DNA of 32,000 bases from NCBI RefSeq assembly GCF_018398935.1, contig NZ_CP074694.1, forward strand, positions 5,700,001 to 5,732,000, in the 5' to 3' direction. This stretch comes from Telmatocola sphagniphila. Lineage in GTDB: Bacteria > Planctomycetota > Planctomycetia > Gemmatales > Gemmataceae. A program made the position numbers and the translations under genes. Position 1 is the first letter of the stretch; every line of letters begins with the position of its first letter. A model generated the notes under the pieces. It was not told the DNA's origin and did no database searches. It saw nothing but the letters and a program-made list of their open reading frames with translations. Shown here piece by piece: positions 25,686 to 32,000 of this stretch.

Positions 25686-26880
25686 TTGTTTTCGCATATT
25701 CACTTATACTAGACGTGTGAGCGTCGCGTGAATTATACAGACGCAATAATTTTTCCTCAAGTTCTTCGGGGCCGGTATCTTTCCGGAATTCCGCCAAACA
25801 GTATTGCAACATAATCACTTGATAAGTATAAATTCCAGGGCGGAGCAGCCATTGAATTAAAGCAGTTGTGAGCAAATTATCGCTTTTCATAAACCATGTA
25901 ACATGAATTTTTTTAAGGATTTCAGGAAGAAAAGGGTGCACTGATTTCGTCTCAACAAGACTTTCGTAAAATTCCAACGGTACAGAAGCATCAAAAACCA
26001 GATCGAATATTTGGTCTTCTATCGTGTCTGATGAGAATTGAGAAAGTATATTGTCAAATTGAGAAAAATAGTCGATTACACTAACGTTCATAGACTCACT
26101 CAATCAGAGGATTTTAGGGAAAATTAGTTTGTTCAAAAAGTGTCGATCATTACTCGATATTTATTAGTTTATTGAGAGAATATTTCTATTCATCTTTTGG
26201 ATTTTGTAATAGTCAAAAATATCTGAATTTTGAATCGCGGGTACTACAGTTGACGAAACCGGCGAATTTTAAAAAAAACATTCGTGGCACCTTTGATGGA
26301 AAAAGTGAACACAAAAAAACCAACTATCTTTTTCAGACACTTCGCGATAGTCGCTCCAGTTAACTTTCGATGGAATATTCCAATTTCCGCATTGTCACCT
26401 GTAACTGACACCTCATCTTCAATCTTACGATGTACTGCGACCACCATTTTCTCGCTCCTCCCGACTTCCATTTGTGGTCAAAATTACTCCCCAATTTATC
26501 GCTCAGCAAAAGTTGCAACTACCAGCCTAGTTTTTACTTGGTGTGATCACGTCGGTCACGCCGTTTTTCTTTGATTGCGTCCTCGAGGGAACTAACTTTA
26601 TTTCCAGGCTATCTGAGTAGCCGACCACGAAGTATTCGTTGTTCAGCTTCTTGTCCTCAACCTTAACAAATTCATTTTAGAACCTGTAGTTACCTTTGAG
26701 CGACGAATTTTTCAGGTTTTCAGTGGTTACAAGTGGGTTAAGACATCAAAAATTTGAATTTTGTGTAATAAAGCATAGTATTTATCGAGAAATCCAAATC
26801 AAAAATGAACAATCCTCTCTCGATGTGCAAATCACTTTTCGCGTTGATATAGCTGGAACTCTAGATCCGTCATCAGCTTG

Positions 26881-27320
26881 TGAACTGCCTCATAGATAAC
26901 GGACACAGAGTTAAGCTATTTTAGCTGCCCTTTCGTACTCGTCTGGGGAAACGTACTCCAGACTCGAATGCCTTTTAATTCGATTGTAGAACATCTCGTT
27001 CTATACGCAGTCGATCGTTCTCGGTCCGTAGACAAGCTGGTTCATTATCCAACACACCCCGAACGCCGTTGCCGAGAAAGTCCTTGTCGTCGATCTTGGT
27101 GAGTTCGTTGATCCACATCTTAATCGTCTGCGAGGTGACTCCCACTGATCTGGCCGCCTCTGCGGAAGACTGTCCCGTACAGTCACCAACACCACGGTGG
27201 CCTTCTTGTACTCGGTGGAATGCTAATTACAAGGACGCTTGACATTAGACTTCTCCATCCGACACCTCCCGAGTTAGCTTATCCGCTTAACTCCGTGTCC
27301 GTTATCTATGAAGAACTCCA
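26881..27320 (-). mobile_element. IS3-family internal-deletion derivative (~440 bp), decayed
   Basis: 26-bp inverted repeats CATAGATAACGGACACAGAGTTAAGC (26891-26916) and GCTTAACTCCGTGTCCGTTATCTATG (27285-27310), 25/26 complementary. The probable TG...CA ends are at 26881 and 27320. Inside are an OrfA fragment (TGQSSAEAARSVGVTSQTIKMWINEL..LRTENDRLRIERDVLQS) and the last residues of OrfB (MFYNRIKRHSSLEYVSPDEYERAAKIA). Confidence 0.7.
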
Positions 27321-28039
27321 ATGCTGTAATTCGGAATCCGATAACAAATGAGCAGCAGATGGTTTACATCCTCAATCTTTAACAGCGACGTTAAACGACT
27401 TCGCCAGTCCGGACCGGAAAAATTCCTGGAACAAATATAAATCCGAAAAAGCCTGCTGCCAATGTAGGAATCGATTCGATTACAGTCCCAATTCTTCCTA
27501 TCGTTGAAGCGCCTCTTCCTGCCCAGACGGGTGGCGGAGAAGTGGGTAATGGCAATCTTGGATATGGATTCACGGTTATCGGTAATATCGGTAAAGGATT
27601 ATTTATTCCTGGATAAAATGGGAGTAAGGGATCAAGATGATTTGAAGGACCATTTGGAGCTGGCAATGGCCGACCGACGGGTACAGGCGCTCCAGGCTGT
27701 AGTATATCTGGTGGAAATAGTTCGTGTATAATATCTTGGATATCTTGCGGATTTTTAAATTAAAAAATTTACAAAATATTGCTAACATAAATGATAGTAA
27801 TGTTAATATCTTTATCTCTTGTTTGATAGGCCAAAGATGCGCGTCATTAAGCCCTCCCATTTTCTGGCCTTCTCTATAGCGATTTAAAATACTATCTATA
27901 ACCTCTGAAATCGCTTCGTCGATCTTTTTGCAAGACCAATTTTCCGGTAAGCATTTATGCCTGGGGTTAAAAACATAATCTTCGAGCAGTTGAATTAAAG
28001 AATTTCTCCCTCCTAATCCAGATCGTTCATTATAATGCA

Positions 28040-29463
28040 GGCTCTTCCGTTTCTAGGTGTAGCATTCAGAGAAATACTTCTGGATCTGGTTGACGAAGCC
28101 GCGAATCTCCGCAATGGTCGGCCCTAATTTTTTCGCTGCCCAATTCACGTCCAGGAGTATTCTCGTCCAGAGCGTAGTTAGACTCTGAATTCCATAACTC
28201 CGACGTAGCACTACCCGAATCTTGGTATTGAGTCCTTCCACCGGGCCGCTGCTTTTGCGTTCCTCGAAGTAGGCTAAGATCCCCTCCCAATTGTTCTTGA
28301 GCATCGTGATGAACGGCTCCCAATCCATCTCGGTCTCGCGGGCCTGGACGATCCAATCTTCCAACAGTCGCGAGGCTTCGGCTCGGTTCGGGGCACTATC
28401 GAAGATTTTGGTCGCCTCCCAACGCAGATGGTAGATCGTTCCCAACGAAGGCACCTTCTCGAACAAATCCTCGAGGGCCTGGACCTGCTCCGGATTCAAA
28501 TCCTCGGGACGACGCCGGAAGTCGTGCATCTGAGAACGCAGCTTCTTGCGGGCTTCCCCGCTCAAACTTCGCTTGTAGGCTCGATAGTTTTTTTTCGCAG
28601 ATCGTCTGCCACCTCCCCCAATTTCTTGGCGACGTGAAAGCGATCTATCACCGACTGGCTGTTGGGTAAATGCACGCCGCAAGCCTTCAAATACGCCGGG
28701 CTCATGTCCGTATGATGCCAACGCACCCCCGCACGTTGCTGGGCCGACAAACGCTCCAAACACGCTCGCCCCGCTGCTTCGTCGCGACCCTTGGACAGAG
28801 CCAGAATCTCCGGACGCTCCCCATTCGTCAGGTCCGTCAATATTGTCGCATATCCCTTATGCCCCTTACGCAGGCTGATCTCATCCAGACCCAAACGCTC
28901 GATCTTCCGCTGGGGATCGATCTGCTTCGCCTTGGCGTCCTCTATCCGGTTCTTGACGATTCGCTCCACCGTCTCCGCGGCGATCCCCAAACGCACTGCC
29001 ACGTCTTCGGCTGTGCTCCCGATCAGACTGACCAGCACCTGCTCCTCGAAGCGGAACGTATATTTCACATCCCGACGCTTGAAGGGCGGCAACAGCGATT
29101 GACGGTGACCGCACGACGGACAGCGGTGATACACCTCCTGGTACACGAAAAAGCTCGGCTTACCCCACAAATCCAGATCGCGGATGCTCAGAAACTTGTT
29201 CTTCTCCACCAATTGAAGCCGAGACTCTCGCTGGCATGTCTCGCAACAAAGATTGTCGGGCAACTCCCAACTCACGTGAAAGGCGTGGCCCCCGTCGATG
29301 CGTTCGTATTCGCCAACGCTCACTCCGGCAGGAACGTCCATGTCTATGGCAATGGTAGTCGTCGTCATCGGCTCTTCCGTGAACCAGGAAAAGGGTACTC
29401 TCAATTGCAATCTATCCCAAAATGACCGATTCGCCGAGAGTTGCGCCTAAAAACGGAAGAACC
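28040..29463 (-). mobile_element. ISL3-family insertion sequence, copy 2 (1,424 bp)
   Basis: Same termini as copy 1, with one mismatch in IRL (GGTTCTTCCG). 8-bp direct repeat ATAATGCA at 28032-28039 and 29464-29471. Confidence 0.9.
28053..29368 (-). CDS. ISL3-family transposase (438 aa if a -1 shift occurs at the A8 run; otherwise two overlapping ORFs)
   Basis: Family patterns present: zinc fingers (CCETC, CPSCGH), LGLDEISLRKGHKGYATILTDL, HHTDMSPAYLKA, IDRFHVAKKLGEVADDLRKK. The frames overlap at CGAAAAAAAACT (run at 28588-28595 on the plus strand). A -1 slip gives ..DLRKKNYRAYKRSLSGEARKKL... Confidence 0.8.
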
Positions 29464-29778
29464 ATAATGCAGGCGTGCATTTGGTGTGTTTATATCCTCT
29501 ATATACAGTCCAAATTGATCCAAAATATATGATGCACGCCTACTTGCTAAACCTAGAGGATCAGTCTCATTTAACGGTGAATTAAGCTCAAATGAGTAGT
29601 AATTGTTATTTTGCAAAATCAATCCAATTGGATCATTTTGCATCCAACGCTCCAAAGTTGGGCTATACATTCGATTTCTAAAATCGTAGAGACTAGTAGC
29701 TTCAAGCTCTCCGCCCTGGTGCAAAAACTTCCAATTATAAGCACTGCTGCTTATCGATCCCCAGGAGGAGTTCAAATA

Positions 29779-30693
29779 AGAAGCTCTAACAAAACCCCTG
29801 CTTGGTATGGCATTTGCGCTCCAGAATCTAGCCCGGATTCAGGAGCGCTGTCATGGCTCGTTCAGAATTACCCGATGAATTTTGGCAAGAGATTGAACCT
29901 TTACTTCCTCCCGATACGCTTCCCGGCGAGCAAGGGGGACGGCCGCGCATACCCAATAAAACGGCCATGCGAGGCATCTTTTACATTCTGACCACCGGAA
30001 TCCGCTGGGAGGATATCCCTCGCGAAATCGGATGCAGCGGCATGACTTGCTGGCGTCGTCTCAGAGACTGGCAGAAACTCTCCTTATGGGATCAATTGCA
30101 TCGTTTGATTTTGGCGCAGTTGCGTAAGGCCGAGAAGATCGACCTCTCTTTGGTCGTCGTCGATAGCACGATTTCTCGAACCGTTGGCGGGGGAGAGCAG
30201 ACCGGCCCCAACCCTACGGATCGACGTAAACCCGGCACTAAACAGCACTTAATTGTCGATCGCAACGGTATTCCCCTGGAGATACGCGTCACCGGAGCTA
30301 ATCGCCACGATGTGAGGGAGATCATTCCTCTGGTCATCAATATACCAGCGATAGGAGGAAAGCCCGGTGCTCCGATTCATAAGCCCAAGGTCGTGCAAGC
30401 GGATCGAGCCTACCACGATCAATGGGTGGATGCGTTGCTCTATTGGATGGGCATCATTCCGCGCATCGCTAAGCGAAATACTCCTCACGGCAGCGGCTTG
30501 GGGAAAACTCGGTTCGTGGTCGAGCGAACCATATCTTGGATTCGAGGGTTGCGGAGATTGCGAGTGAGGTTCGACCGCCACGATTACATTTACCAAGCCT
30601 GGAATTCTCTCGCCATGGCATTTATCTGCTGGAGAACTTTAATCGAATAACCCAATTGCAATTTTTTAAAAACAGGGTTTTGTTAGAGGTTCT
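29779..30693 (+). mobile_element. IS5-family insertion sequence (IS427-like size class, ~915 bp), apparently intact
   Basis: Left end AGAAGCTCTAACAAAACCC. Right end on the other strand AGAACCTCTAACAAAACCC (18/19). Possible TA duplication at 29777-29778 and 30694-30695; the exact ends are uncertain by a few nt. Confidence 0.75.
29853..30650 (+). CDS. IS5-family DDE transposase (265 aa, single ORF)
   Basis: LPDEFWQEIEPLLPP..GRPRIPNKTAMRGIFYILTTGIRWEDIP..CWRRLRDWQ (DUF4096-type N-terminus), then VVDSTISRT.., ADRAYH.., RFVVERTISWIRGLRRLRVRFDR (DDE_Tnp_1-type). Confidence 0.9.
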   Translation: MARSELPDEFWQEIEPLLPPDTLPGEQGGRPRIPNKTAMRGIFYILTTGIRWEDIPREIGCSGMTCWRRLRDWQKLSLWDQLHRLILAQLRKAEKIDLSLVVVDSTISRTVGGGEQTGPNPTDRRKPGTKQHLIVDRNGIPLEIRVTGANRHDVREIIPLVINIPAIGGKPGAPIHKPKVVQADRAYHDQWVDALLYWMGIIPRIAKRNTPHGSGLGKTRFVVERTISWIRGLRRLRVRFDRHDYIYQAWNSLAMAFICWRTLIE

Positions 30694-31000
30694 TACGCTT
30701 TTGTGTTTGATTTGCCTGGACGCATTAATTTTCATTCAGACATGGATAAAAGTATGGCAGTATTCGCCTCTGCGAAGATTCGTCGACTCGTGGCCTTCAG
30801 ACATCACCCTTGAGTCCTATATGGCAGTGAAATTCAAGCCGAAATCGGGCTGCCCTTGTTTCGGAAACAGAATCAACTTTACTACCCCAGAGTCATCGCC
30901 CTGGAGAGCAAAAAAGCTTTACGCGCTGGTCTACCTGGAGTGCCTGGTGCATTCCCTGTCCTATCAGATCATCGCGACGAAAGCAGTTTCGCCCGAGAAG

Positions 31001-31020
31001 TTGTATTAACGTTAATACAA
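31001..31020. repeat. 20-bp perfect palindrome TTGTATTAACGTTAATACAA, copy D
   Basis: Read directly. It lies about 55 nt downstream of the stop of minus-strand ORF 31074-31367. Confidence 0.95.
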
Positions 31021-31073
31021 ACTGTAGCGATACTGAACGGATGCAGGGTGCCGATGTGCGATTCCTGGCAAAC

Positions 31074-31367
31074 TCAATCACTGGCATGGCTCGTCGATTT
31101 GAAGCTGGCGCTTGCCGCAGAAGGGAAAAAGCAAAAGGAATTGTTCCCATACTGAATATTCACGTCCATTCTGGTCGGCGGTCTGCCCTCAGTAGAATCC
31201 GGGCTCCAGGGGCCTTTATAGGCAAACCTTTCTACCTGTAGACGACATCCTAAACTAGCTCCTGATTTGACTTCAAGAAACGGACACTGATCTGCTTCCA
31301 TATGGACACTCTCTCGTTCGCAGATGCCATATCCCGCCTTGAACAGCTCCGGCGCAATCGCAAACAT
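31074..31367 (-). CDS. Hypothetical protein or gene fragment
   Basis: 97-codon ORF. The frame stays open about 30 codons further upstream without a start codon (..KKRAYTGTVGYLSTEEMFAIAPEL..), so it may be a fragment. No recognisable motif. Confidence 0.3.
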   Translation of the reverse strand: MFAIAPELFKAGYGICERESVHMEADQCPFLEVKSGASLGCRLQVERFAYKGPWSPDSTEGRPPTRMDVNIQYGNNSFCFFPSAASASFKSTSHASD

Positions 31368-31522
31368 TTCCTCTGTTGAAAGATATCCGACTGTTCCTGT
31401 GTAGGCCCGTTTTTTTGGACCAAGATCTTCCCATAGTTAGATATGTGGATCCCGTGGACTTCGTTGGTCTAGAAGTAGTGTGTGTTGGAGTTCTTGACTT
31501 TTAGACGTGAAAGAAGATCGAA

Positions 31523-32000
31523 TTGCCATCCTGTGAGTTAGATTCGACTTCAAAGCCGGTCCTGGTCCCGCAGAAGGGTGGCGAAAGCGTTGCCGTGATA
31601 GGCGCGGGCATTTCGGGTTTGATAGCCGCTCGTACGCTGCAAGACCACGGCTTCGACATCACGGTATTCGAAAAGAGCAGGGGTCCGGGCGGTCGGGCCG
31701 CGACTCGCCGGATTGCCTCGGGGATCACTTTCGATCATGGAGCCCAGTATTTTACCGCCCGCGATCCCCAGCTCATTTCCTATGTCGAGTCCTGGTCAGC
31801 ACGGGGTATTGTTGCCGAGTGGTACGGTCAATTCGTCGAAATCCAGGGCGGGGAAGTTCGAACTAAATCTAACCAGCCGCGACGTTTTGTCGGGGTTCCT
31901 GGCATGGCTTCCGTTGGCCGGGAGCTGGCTTCAAATCTTCGCATTTGCTTGGAGAAGAGGATCCTTCGACTGACCCGCTCCGGCGATAGCTGGGAACTGA
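31523..32000 (+). CDS. Renalase-like NAD/FAD-dependent oxidoreductase (COG3380-type), 5' part only; continues beyond the window
   Basis: The frame is open from 31511 to the window end and is not in the ORF track because no stop is reached. SVAVIGAGISGLIAARTL (GxGxxG), FEKSRGPGGRAATRR, FDHGAQYFTARDPQLISYVESW..GIVAEW match that family closely. The start is uncertain (TTG 31523, CTG 31562 or GTG 31595). Confidence 0.8.
   Translation, partial: MPSCELDSTSKPVLVPQKGGESVAVIGAGISGLIAARTLQDHGFDITVFEKSRGPGGRAATRRIASGITFDHGAQYFTARDPQLISYVESWSARGIVAEWYGQFVEIQGGEVRTKSNQPRRFVGVPGMASVGRELASNLRICLEKRILRLTRSGDSWEL

Larger units (their letters stand above)
23609..26103 (-). pseudogene. AT-rich 356-codon gene of unknown function, split by ISL3 copy 1. 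The two halves are 26103-25686 and 24261-23609.
   Basis: Deleting 24262-25685 (the IS plus one target-duplication copy) joins ...SISEYAKT to TSIRVLVALNYS... in frame: 418 + 653 = 1071 nt = 357 codons including the stop. The ends of ORFs 25669-26103 and 23609-24292 that abut the IS are IS-derived. Confidence 0.8.
27603..29778 (-). pseudogene. Orphan Rhs/YD-repeat C-terminal core plus polymorphic toxin cassette, split by ISL3 copy 2 and cut at its 5' side by the IS5 element
   Basis: YDFRNRMYSPTLERWMQNDPIGLILQNNNYYSFELNSPLNETDPLGL is the Rhs core-end motif (RYYdP.lGRf...DPiG....N.Y.Y..n.P.n..DP.GL). Removing 28032-29463 joins ...NARLHY to NERSGLGGRN... in frame, with 57 sense codons leading into ORF 27603-27860. 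Confidence 0.75.

Noticed and set aside
27391-27666. A proline-rich 91-codon ORF downstream of, and overlapping, the Rhs toxin frame, considered as the cognate immunity gene
   Set aside because: Its composition (PxP runs, no clear fold or start context) and its 64-nt overlap with the toxin frame make it doubtful. I cannot tell which of the two overlapping frames is real at 27603-27666.
24270-29463. A composite transposon formed by the two inverted ISL3 copies
   Set aside because: Each copy has its own intact 8-bp target duplication, so they inserted independently. The intervening DNA consists of pieces of the two genes they disrupted plus an IS3 remnant.

Overview
The window looks like a chromosomal segment of a Planctomycetota-type genome. 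That assignment is an inference from the protein types present: a membrane Ser/Thr kinase with a lectin-like tail, a DUF4034-like protein, a stand-alone RNAP alpha-CTD-like protein and a PrsW protease. I found no rRNA, tRNA or CRISPR array. Five zones can be read.

(1) 0.4-5.4 kb: a kinase, a truncated ISL3 remnant, a CIA30-family gene carrying an in-frame TAG, and two secreted proteins.

(2) 6.3-13.6 kb: an XRE regulator lies divergent from a 1,073-aa membrane/coiled-coil protein. Downstream is a tightly coupled pair: a 4-TM protein with a GrpE-like C-terminus and an Hsp70-fold ATPase that lacks a substrate-binding domain but has its own C-terminal membrane hairpin. This is my best candidate for an undescribed system.

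(3) 13.6-17.2 kb: a small-gene island on the minus strand. It holds a Rep-like protein (CPxCxxRR motif), an adjacent origin-like region (inverted repeat, phased A-tracts, 23-bp tandem repeats), an alpha-CTD-like protein and decayed gene fragments.

(4) 17.3-22.1 kb: a PrsW-family protease with an N-terminal zinc ribbon, a decayed gene with an in-frame TAG, a 477-bp IS630 deletion derivative, and a DUF4034-like secreted protein.

(5) 23.2-30.7 kb: an AT-rich accessory island with an orphan Rhs C-terminal toxin cassette and a 356-codon unknown gene. Each is split by a separate ISL3 copy with a clean 8-bp target duplication. The island also carries an IS3 deletion derivative and an intact IS5-family element.

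Across the window, a 20-bp perfect palindrome (TTGTATTAACGTTAATACAA) recurs at least 4 times. The window ends in a partial renalase-like FAD oxidoreductase gene. All functional calls come from reading the translations; no database search was possible.
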